Of a DNA stretch of 64,000 nt, positions 12,422 through 23,289 are shown piece by piece. The notes beneath the pieces were generated by a model. It had not been told where the DNA came from, searched no databases, and saw only the letters and a list, made by a program, of their open reading frames with translations. The translations under genes were made by a program, and so were the position numbers. Within the stretch, counting starts at the first letter, position 1, and every line of letters starts with the position of its first letter. Origin of the DNA: Sphagnum compactum (lineage: Eukaryota); assembly GCA_965153455.1 (NCBI GenBank), contig OZ234493.1:24356213-24420212 (forward strand). The letters are read 5' to 3'.

Positions 12422-14260
12422 ATGTATCAGACCTCAAAATTCTCGGCAGCATCAAGTCTAATGCCTCAACTTGGGGGGGGAAGTCAACCAGCAGTCGAGC
12501 CCTGGGCACCAAGCTCAGCTGCTGCTCCAAGTTATTCAGCAGGCAGCCCAGGGGCTTCTTCTGGTGGTGGAGGTACTGGTTCTGGTTCAGCTGCTAAACA
12601 ACGCTTACGCTGGACACCTGAGCTTCATGAGCGCTTCGTTGATGCTGTCACTCAGTTGGGTGGACCTGATCGTGAGTGTTTTCTCTCTCTTGCAAAATGC
12701 AGAACTCTCTCTCTCTCTCTCTCTCACGCCAAATACAACCCTCTTATGTCTGTCTGGTAAAAGGTGCCTTCTTTCACCAATGTTATGCCTCTTTTTTTTG
12801 AGCTAAAATGTCTGTCTGTCTGTCCCAATGGGCAGGAGCGACCCCAAAAGGTGTGCTGCGGGTGATGGGTGTGCAAGGTCTTACGATTTACCATGTGAAG
12901 AGTCACTTGCAGGCAAGTTTTTCTTACTGGTATATACAAGTACCAAACTGGTGTTGCATAAGACACAATGCACTTGGAAGAGTGAAGAAGTGGGGAGTGA
13001 GGAAGAAGACTTCCAGGGTCAATGGGTTCTTACAATATACATGGGTTTGATTTGAATTTACAAAATGTAGTGAAAGGAACGTTTTGTCCTTTCTGTGACA
13101 TTGAAGTTCAAAAACCCAATGTCTGTGAGTGATAGATACATGTGCAAGACTCTGACCTTTTATTTCTTGTTTGCACTCTGCCACAGAAGTACCGGTTGGC
13201 TAAGTATATTCCAGACTCTTTTTCAGATGGTAAGTCTCTCCAAGCCAATTTTCATTGGGTGAGCAAATTGCTGTCGGGTGTTTGATTTTTTTTCCGTTGT
13301 CACCACTGCACCACTTATTGGGTTTTATTTTGGGTAATTGACCACATTGGGGATACTGGGTGTATACATTCTGGTTTCCAGGTGGTACCTCTGAAAAGAA
13401 GAAGAATCCTGCAGATCTGTTTCCATCTCTAGATGCAACGTCGTAAGTTTTCTCGTGCTGCTGACCTGTTTGACAATTTTTTTCTTGTGATCTAGGCTAC
13501 TACAAGGAGTACCCTAGTGGAATTGTAATGACAATTTGCATTTATGTGGGCTCATTTGTTACCAATGTTGCTGAAACAAATAAGTTAGGCTGAAAGGCAA
13601 AAAAAGGTGGGCTCATGTGTTATACCAAATGTTTTGCAAAATGTTTACCAGGGGAATTCAGATTACAGAGGCATTACGTATGCAGATGGAAGTCCAGAAG
13701 CGTTTGCATGAACAACTTGAGGTACCTCCTGCTCATGTGTTCCTGTTGGTGGCCCACTTGGTTTGGATAGCAGATCATAACACAACTGCAAGCCTGTAGA
13801 CCTTATCTAAATGAGGGCGGAAGAGGGAGTGGATTGGGCATGAAGAAAGTTTTCTATCTTGTATGCTTGAATTGATTGTCTTTTAGAGGATAGAGCAAGT
13901 TCTGATGATCATCATCATCATACTCTTCATGTTTTACAGGTCCAGCGAAATTTGCAACTGCGCATTGAGGCACAAGGAAAGTATCTACAGCAGATTATTG
14001 AAGAGCAGCAGAGACTGAGTGCTCTTACCAGCACACCTGTCGCTGCTACCAATGATGCCAGGGGGGAATTAGCTGTCATCGCCCCAGCTTTAGAATTGCC
14101 AGAAATTGGTGACATGGGTGGTAAGCTGGAGAGGAAGTCCTCATTACCAGATGCAGCAACAACGCCTGAGGTGCCATGTGATCCTGCTGGTAGTCTGGTG
14201 CCGACAACTCAACCCCCTCAAACTGAGTACGTTGTTGAACAGGAGTATGTTGGATCATGA
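12422..14260 (+). CDS. PHR1/PHL-family MYB-CC (GARP) transcription factor, PHL7-like; exons 12422-12671, 12836-12912, 13187-13229, 13382-13442, 13652-13721, 13940-14260
   Basis: Spliced product contains [58 protein letters not shown] (SHAQKYF-class MYB) and [44 protein letters not shown] (LHEQLE coiled coil). All intron phases are consistent; intron 2 is GC-AG. Confidence 0.95.
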
Positions 14261-15669
14261 AGATCTGGATGGCTGATCCCAATTACAAGCGCTTCCTGGG
14301 GGGCGGTCAACAAGCTCCTTCAAAATAATGCAGCTTAAAAGAAGGCACTTTGGCAATAACAGCCCTCACATGCATGCCCGGAGAAGAAAGAGGGAAGCGC
14401 TTTGTCAGCAAACAGCCGTGGTATGTCAAGAGAAGACCATTTGCGACTCTTCACAAAAATCTGACATCTGTGGATGAATCCAGCTCCCAGTTTGAGACCG
14501 ACAGAGGTAATTGGAGGGGAGTGGTGGGGGTCTCAATCCTGTGGTGGGGTTCTCAGTTCTTTCTATCAAGCTGGAATACATACATGACACTTGCAGGAGG
14601 AGGCCCTATGGCAGTGATAGGCAGAAGCCAATTGAAGCTTTTTTTGAGGGGGGTCTTCATGCTTTGACTTGGGTTGTAAGAATTTTTGTGATTTGGGATC
14701 TGTTCATCTACCTTCAGCTCTTGAGGGTGAAGGTTTTTTTTCCTTGCATGGTGGGAAAAAAAGAGGAATTGCTTTGAAAGTATTTGTAATGTATTTGAGG
14801 TGTTTTTTTTTTGTTGTTTCCTTCATGTTTTCAAACAGGGCTTTGTAGCAGATAATTGCTTGTTAGTCATTGTTTAGAAAAAAAAAGTGGTTCTTTTGAA
14901 TATCTGAAATGGTGGAGAAGATGGTGGTTGGCTGGCAGCACATTACAAATCAAGCACAGCGTTTGTGTTGTATGTGTTTTGTTATGGACTAAAATTGTTT
15001 CTCCTCTCCCACGTGTTGTTGGAGTTGGAATGGTTGGTTCTCTTCCTGTGTTTTATCATCTTTGCATGATCATGGGTTGGTTCCTGCGTTGTTCTTGGTA
15101 TCGACTTTTGGACATACCAGCCTGTTCCTGGTATTGGGTTTCCGTTTTTTTCCTCATAGCCTTCCTCCTTATAGAGGAGGAACATTGAAAAAGGATTTTT
15201 ACTTTGAATCCAGGCCTTAAAAGTGCTCTTTTGATGCTACCCATTTCTGATGCCACTCTTTTATCTCTACCCAAGGATGATTGCAAACTTCCAGGCTTTT
15301 TGAGCTTTCCTCCGATACTGCCCATTTCTTCTGCCGCTCTTTTTATCTTTACCAAGGATGATCATCACTTCCTGGTTTTGGAGCTTCATTTGATTCGCTG
15401 CAAACTCTGAAGCATGTCTTCACCTTGATGGGTTGTCTTGCTTTTAAACCCCACAAAAAATGAGAGAACTAATTTCTAGATCAATTAGCAGCTTAAGTTG
15501 GAATGTTGAACAAATTTTTATTTTATTGAACTAAGAAATCTCACTCATCACTTGGGCTTTCCAATAGTACCAATAACTTTCCCTAATTTTCCTAAAATAT
15601 TTAGTTTTTGATTTTGGTAAATTTTCTTTGACAAAATTGTTCAATATTCAAAATAAGTTTTGCATAGGT

Positions 15670-16090
15670 TTTTTTCCTCCCCCCAATTTTGTGATGTTGC
15701 TCCAATGGAGATAGTCAATAAGTATATTTAGCCAAATTTGGCAATTTGAAAATATGAAAGTATAAAATCTTGAGCATCCTTTCATATTATTAGGCAATTT
15801 GTTTGTGGCTAAATTTTTTAAACAGAGAATTTTTATCGAATATTCTTTTTTGAAAATATGACTCACAAAATGGCAATTTGGGGATTTTTGTTGATTTTAA
15901 ATTCGTTTTTTGGCTTTTTTTTTTTTTTTTCAAAAACAAGAGAATTTTTAATAAAATATTCTTTTTCGAAAATATTTTTACAAAATGGCGAATTTTGGGG
16001 ATTTTTTTGGTCCAAAAAAATTATTTAATTGTTTGGCAATTTATTTTTAAAAAAAATACAGAATTTGTAGTAGATTTTTTTATAAAAATA
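15670..16090. repeat. Dispersed AT-rich repeat family; related segments at about 44330-44530 (inverted) and 53030-53270
   Basis: Recurring motifs tttagccaaatttggc / aatcttgagcatcc / aaaatggcgaatttt and their reverse complements. Confidence 0.5.
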
Positions 16091-16129
16091 AAAATCAATG
16101 GTCTTGCATTGTAAGTCTAAACACTACCA

Positions 16130-16460
16130 AACCACCTTAATGAACCGTCCTTATGGAGAGCTATCTAACAATATCCAAAGCATGACAAGCAAAATCATGG
16201 TTTGGAAGATCTCAACATGACAAACAAAACAAACAAACGACTTCCTTTAATAAATAGACTAAAACACGTAAGGGATGCCATGATTTGCAAATTCTTAACA
16301 TGGTAAACAAACCAAACGAATTACCCTCCTTAATACATAAACAAGAGCACAAAACGGGGTGCCATGGTTTTGGAGATCTCAACATGACAAACAAAACAAT
16401 CTTCCCTAATGCATAGAATATCATAACATTTGTGCCAAGGTTTGGGAGATCTGAATGTGA
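16130..16460. repeat. Degenerate tandem repeat, ~80-85 bp unit, about 4 copies
   Basis: Repeated (g)gtttgg(a/g)agatctcaacatgacaaacaaaacaa at about 16200, 16365 and 16440, with a diverged copy near 16280. Confidence 0.7.
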
Positions 16461-16899
16461 CAAAATAAACAAGGTACCTTGTTTTATAGTAGGATATTAT
16501 CCGATGCTATTGGACTTGCATTGCATTTCACAAGGTTTAGGGTTTGTGGTCCTCAAAAGTTGTTATTTGTTTAGTTATTTATTCAATAGAAAGGTAAATG
16601 TTTTGCCCACTTACACATCCTGGAAGCCTCTAGCTGCAAAAGGCTATCTTCAAACTATTCAAATACAACAGTGTAAAATACATAAAGCTATTCATATTGT
16701 AAAAAATTGTGCTTGAAGTTATGACTCATAATAGAGCCTTAAAAGCCTTAAACCCTAAAAACCATGGGGGGCAGGGGGGATGCACAAACATTTTGATTGA
16801 GTTTAAAATGTTGGAAGATTGAACTAGCATGTGGAGTATCACAAAGATCTTTTATTCTACCTTGAAACATTGTTGGATCCATGTGGCGAAATATGATGG

Positions 16900-19300
16900 A
16901 AGCAATATGTGGAAGTGAAATGAATAGATTTTCAACAACTACAACTAAATTAAATATGGCATTGAGGTACCCATATATAGACTATGAAAGGTCAGGGTTT
17001 TCCATGTCATTCTCAAAGTCAAATTCATGATTCTCACTTAGATCATCTTGTGATCGATACCACGCATCTCATTTACTCTTCGTTTGCCACATAATAATTC
17101 TCACAATGCTTTAGTTGTAAGCTTGCATGGCAACATATTGGTTGTGTGATTGAAATACGTGTCCCCATGAAATACGATCACCTAAGAGGTCGTTGAGGTA
17201 GTGAAAGGGTTTGTGCAATATAATTAGTGTTTGGAAGTAGGAGAGCAATTCTCATGTGCGAAATCTTCTCGTGATATATTCAATAATCAGGCTCTTGAAA
17301 CATTGATAATACATTTAAGGGTTTGAACCTTTAGTTAGTGGGAAGTTCGTTGAGGATGGGGTTTTATTAGTAGGAGTTGTTGGATGGAATTAATTTTTTT
17401 GTAAGTTGTGGTGAACTCATAAAGGGACAAGTGTTCCAATGAGTTTGGACATCATGAATAATTTGTAGTGGATGTATAGATAGCCACATCTCCATTCATT
17501 GATCTTACAAGTGAAACCTCCATGATATTTGCATTCATCAAAGTATCTAAAAAGTGCTCGATGAATAACATGGCAAATTCATGAGACTTGTAAAAGGAAC
17601 CACCTCGAAGTAAATATAGGCATGCCATCGGAATTGGAATATCTTGCTTAAAGGATAGAGAACATATCATGCTTGATATCCTCTAATGTCCTTTTACGTT
17701 AACATCTACATCATTAGGAAGGTTAGATTCTTCATTAACCCATTTGTCAAATGCACTTAAATGGAGGGCATCTAGACCTTCAAATTCATTTTGGTTTTTG
17801 GTTGTATACTTCATAATGTAATCTATTACATTAGGTCCATTTCCACCAATGAGGCAATGTATGTCATGATTGCATTTGAATGTGGCAACGACTACTAGAG
17901 AATACCCATTGATGTATTCGTTGCTAATTCGACACTATGGAATGATCTTGAAATTGGCATTGACCAATATCACCGAAGTGGTTGCTTGGGGGAAAATAAA
18001 GTGGCACACCATTCCAAAGGCATGCATGCAGACTTCTTGAAACAAGATTTTGAATGAACCCAAAAGTGGCTTTGGTACCTTAATAATGTTAGGATTAATA
18101 CAATTGAGTCCACTTTGAAGGTGTTGGATTTTTCATTTGGAAAAGGTAATGGATGTTGTGCATTAATGAGGTTTTCAATCTTAATGGGGTTGAAAGTTTT
18201 AGGCTGAATACCTATATATGGAGGTCATTAACTTGGTAGTTCTTTTGCTTAAGAGATGTTCACTAGTGAAACAAGTTTTACATGTTGGACAATTCACTGT
18301 AAAAGGAACTCATGCATTTTGCTTGGGCCTTTTAAAAACAAAAATAAGTAAGACCAACACTTGGAGAGGACCATCATAATCATGACAAATAGCCCCTTTC
18401 AAAATGGGTACTTCCATTTGGAGAAATATTGTTTGATGTGCAATGAGGTGGTTCATAAAATAGGAGTTTGGATTTTTAACAAGTTGTAAAAGCCAAGTGG
18501 TAGTGGTTGGCATGCCGTGGGTATACACCAACTAGTGGGCATGGAGGTTCCTAGATCATTGGGAAATGTGGATGCAAATAACCTTTTATAAAAGCCAAAT
18601 ACTCCACCACTTGGAGTTGAACATTGCAATTTTCTATCTCACCCCATTAATACATCAATGACAATGTTCATGATCTAGTTCAAATATCATGCTCAAGCAA
18701 CATGATTGTTGGTTGATATATTGCTCTTTCAAATGAGCTTGGTAAGATGGTGGTGTCCATATTGCAAAACTAATCATTGGAAATCACCCCAACATAATTG
18801 GTGATGCGCCAAACACCTATATGAATTATTGTGTGAGGAATTACCATTCATTAATTTGTTTATTTGATATTACAATTTTGAGTTGGTAAAGATCATACGA
18901 GGAAAGGAACAAATGATTACATGCATTATTTGGAGTGATAGTGAAAAAGTGGGATGGTTGGCCCAAAGTTACTAATTGTGAAAACATGCATGTTTGGGCC
19001 CTATTGTTGTTCTTCATTGGAATCCTAATAATGTTTGAGTCTAGCGGGAATCCTACTTTGCAATGCAAATACATGGTCATTGATAAATGACACTTGCAAA
19101 AGCACTAGTAGACCTTGGAGGAGGCATGTGTGTGGGCATCTTGATAATTGAACGACACAAAATAATTCTTTATAACTAACACCATAGTAAAATTTAATTA
19201 GATGATTATTAATTGTTATGTATTTAATGTAGGTCAAAGGGCAATGACTCAAACCTAGAGAGCAAAATTCTCTTGACTTACAATGGTTGTTTATGTGACA
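16900..19300 (-). mobile_element. Degenerate Helitron-type Rep (HUH endonuclease) region, no helicase visible
   Basis: Minus-strand translation through stops and frameshifts gives these motifs in order: TLGQPSHFFTITPN (motif 1), IVIDVLMG*DRK...GGVFG...SQ*SRNLHAH*LVY (HUH motif 2), SCFKK...CHFIFP, EYINGY...FKCNHDIHCLIGG..NVIDYIMKYTTK (catalytic YxxKY motif 3), then LEHLSLYEF, HPQRTSH and LHKPF..LNDLL...SW. Confidence 0.85.
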
Positions 19301-21587
19301 TCAACATGGTGGACTTTGCAACGAATATAGACAAATGTGTTTTAGATGAATATATATCCTGTGTCAAAGCTATGCATTTGCCTCATTTATTTTGTTAAAA
19401 AAAACCTTAGATTTAGATGATTGAACCATTATTAGAGTAGGCACAAAAATAATACATATGATAATTATGCTTATAATAATACATAGTTTTGCTCAAGTGT
19501 TATGGCAGCTTCAAGGATTTTCCATGTCAGCTCCTTTGTCACATAGCACCCCTAATGAAATGGCACAACTTACGTTAATTGTAGAAAACTTAATATTGGT
19601 TGCAGGCAAGTAAACTTGTGTGACACTATATGACACACAAATATGTTGGAGTAACATTCTTGCTACTTTGATTGGTTGTTTTGGAATGTGCAATTTGCCA
19701 AGTGTATTTGCTCTAATACTTTGTGCCATGATGTTTTTGTAGATACTAATGGTAATGAGAGAGAAACAAAGGGGTGGAATTCAAGTGAGAGGGAAGTGAA
19801 CATGTTAGAGGTTGGCAAGTGAACACGAAATATGATGCTGGTGTAGAAGGGGAGATTTTGGAAGGTGAGGAAGAGGAGGGTACATGGGAGTTTTCCACTT
19901 GTGCTAAAGAGAAATTTAAGACTAACAATGAAAGGGCCCATGTAACTTAAATGACAGCAAGCTTGGTTGTTGCATAGGTTAGTTAATTATATTTTCCATC
20001 TTCAAACAGGGTGATTATGATAGAAGACAAAAATCTAAGGCTTTGAGGACACAATTCAAGTGATTGATTATGGATGGGCTATTCAATAGGCCCTTTTTAT
20101 AGACAAAAGTAGTTTTTAACCATCCAAGGAGTTTCAAGACAATTTCATGACTTGTGAACGTGCTTGAATTTGCATGTTAGGTGTCTAGCTTTGAGTATAT
20201 TGTTGAGCAACCAATGACACAATTCTTAGAAACACAGACAAAGAGAGAAAAAGAAGCATTGATCTAGTTGTGTTTATAACAAGCTTTAAACTTGAACTAG
20301 TTTCTAAGTTGTACAAGAGCTTTTGCATTATCCATCAATTAATCTTATAAGTGGTTGTAGCTTATTTATATTCTTGTAGCTAATTGTTGATTTCATGATG
20401 AATTTGACATGGTAGTAATCTTAGATCCTTGTTCACCACATGCTTGAAATCTGTTATTAAGCTTGAAAAAAATTGATCAAAAGTTTTTTTGACCTTCAAT
20501 GGGTAATCTTATTATTATTATTCTTCAATCAAGAAGATTAGGATCAAAGAACGATCAAACATAATTTGGACATGAACACATAGCTAGAGATCTGCATACA
20601 AAATATTATTCCTCCAACATGAAATTTGTGCAATAAAAATGAATGGCGGCAATAATCATCATGGAAGCTTACGGAATCCCAGTAGTAGGAGTTTTATCAA
20701 GTCTCAATTGCCAATATTAGTTTTGGTTCTAGTACTAGTAAATTTAGCATCTCATTTTCCATCACTAGCTCAAGGAATAGTAATTGCAACAGAGTTGCAG
20801 TAAAAAATGTTATTGCAACAAAGAAGTTGCAATAACTTTAGAACTTTGGATGCCAAGAACAACTGCATTGATCCTCTAGACCATTTTTGGAAATACAAAG
20901 TTGGCTATGACTTCAAAAGCAAACACTACTAGGAGGTATGTGAACAAAACCCAACCTGTTTGCTATAAGTCCTTGGAAATTGGTTCAAGAAAGTTTGTGA
21001 AACTATTGGGAATTGCAATTATAGGATCTAATTGCTTTTTTGCTACCTAAAGTTTTGGAGTCTGTTTTAGAGGCTACGAGATTGGGGGCATAAATGGTGC
21101 TACAATCCGTGATCTTCATAGGAATCTATGGATATGCAATTGCAACAACATGGGTACTCTTGGGTTTACTTTTGTTGTTCTTAGTTTGTTTGCTCCAAAT
21201 CCCTTCTTTGATGGAGGTGTCATGCATGTCGCTCCTCTTCTTGTCACTTTAATACTTTGCCTTGTGCACCTACTTCATATTCCATTCTTCACCTCGTTGT
21301 TGTCCTCCTCTCTATTGCTGTCATGTATGCTTTTTTTTTCTCTTTTTTCCATTTCTCTATATTGCTTATTGGGCTTGTCATTTTGTTCTTGATGTTTTGC
21401 TTTTGCTTTTTCTTCTTTGTAGCTCTTCATACTTGTAGCAACAAACACAACGAACCCAACATACACACACATATCTTTGAAATTGCAAAGAAATTTCCAC
21501 TATGGTGACTTGAAACTAACATTACATTGAATGAAAATCATACCCAAAATCAAATATACAAAACCTGTTAAAACACCCATTCCAAAA

Positions 21588-22179
21588 TCAGGCAGCAAAA
21601 TTTGTACCATTCAATCGAATGGTCTCGGGCTTACTTGCGGTTACTTTCTTAAAATAGGAGTGACAATAGAGAACATCAACTTGGGTGAGGTAGAAGGTAC
21701 CAAGTCACAAAGTAGACTATGAACTCACAGGGATGAAATCCTTAGCACCGTAGTGTGTTTCCCTCAGATGCATGGTGCTCACAAAAGTCTTTGGACAACA
21801 ACAATGTGAGAGTCAATTTTCTCAACAATGTTCATCTTCTTTGCAATTTCAAACACTTAGTAGGGTGTTCACCCTTGGCAAACCTTGAAAGAAAAAGGAT
21901 TGGAGGTGAATCCATTTCCATATGAAAACATCAATAACCTCTTACAATCAAACATATGTATTTTGATGTGTAGAAGAGTGGCAAGACTTGTATACAACAA
22001 AACATAATACATATTGCTGAGGTTTTTTTGGTAGCAAGGTCGTGGGTGCAACTTTGGAATTGTTTTTTTTTTTGGCAACTTGTTATGCAACTTTTTCAAG
22101 ATCAGAGTTCACAAGGTTGTTAGTAAGAAATAAACTTGCAAATGGATGTAGCTTGTTAAACACATTAGCTTCCACAAAA
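21588..22179 (-). pseudogene. HMGS: Decayed 3' fragment of HMG-CoA synthase
   Basis: Reads FNKLHPFASL...SDLEKVA*QVAK...KVAPTTLLPK/NLSNMY...LYTSLATLLH...KRLLMFSYGNG...MNIVEK...TFVSTMHLRETHYGAKDF...GTFYLTQVD, matching the plant HMGS C-terminus, with stops and frameshifts. It starts at an AG acceptor (~22180). No 5' exons were found. Confidence 0.85.
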
Positions 22180-23289
22180 CTAAATTAAGGGCAAATTTTT
22201 TTCCTCACAAAACTGTTCTCTCCTCTTTATACGACTACCAAACCAAGCACACATTATTGAGAAGAAGAAGAACATCCAAAAAAGCAGTAGACCAAATAAA
22301 AAGTGCACACCGCGAGCAACATTAATGCCTGTCTCAACAATAGAAAGAATGTTATACTTAAGAGCCTTGGCACCATAAAACATTTTGGTGAAATAGAAGA
22401 ACATCAAGACCAATACATACATAAAGGGACATGACGAAATGATGAAAACAAACCTTGGGAAAAATCTCATCACCAAAACATACACAAATGATTCCAAACA
22501 TAGTTGTCCAACTCCCAGGGGTGAATAGGTTGCAATAACTTGGTCTTCAACACATAAATTTTTTCTCAAATGTGTTTTTAGATGTTTGACGACATCATAA
22601 TACAAATAAACAATAGCACAAATGAAGAATGGTGCACCATATCAAAGCTGTCATAGTTGAATGCATTGGAAGATGAATACAAGGTTTAATCAAAAGAAAG
22701 ATTAACCCTTTCACTAAAAAAGTTTCATCAACATGCACAATTACAAGAATTGAATTTTTGCCATTGAAATCACCTTTGCCTTAACATAACCATTAAGCCA
22801 TTATCAACTATCCATTACCTTCATCAAGCTTGACATCACGCATTTATGTAGCAGATTGGAACATCTAGCATGCACCTATATACTTCACACAATTAGAAAA
22901 GATTTTTCTGTAGAGTAAGAAGGCACCTACACTCGGAACCAACAAACAATCACCATTAGATACTGAAGACAACCATTTGCATATAAACAATTGTAAAGAC
23001 TTGACAAACTTACTGCCATCTCAAAATGAGAAAGTTGTAGCTAATGATTTGTTAGTGCACCATGACCACAACCAATGCTTGGCTCTTGAATTTCAACCAA
23101 CCAATAACTTGTTTCTTGTGCTCCTTTGTTGTATGTGTAATGGGTCTTTCAAGTCAAAATCAAGACTCAAGACTCACCAACATTACCATGGAGGTACATG
23201 AACTTCAATGTACTGTTATGAAATGGTACATGAGTACATAATTCTTTTCTCGTTCCTTCAAACTGATGTTGTCATGCATGTAATCTTTT

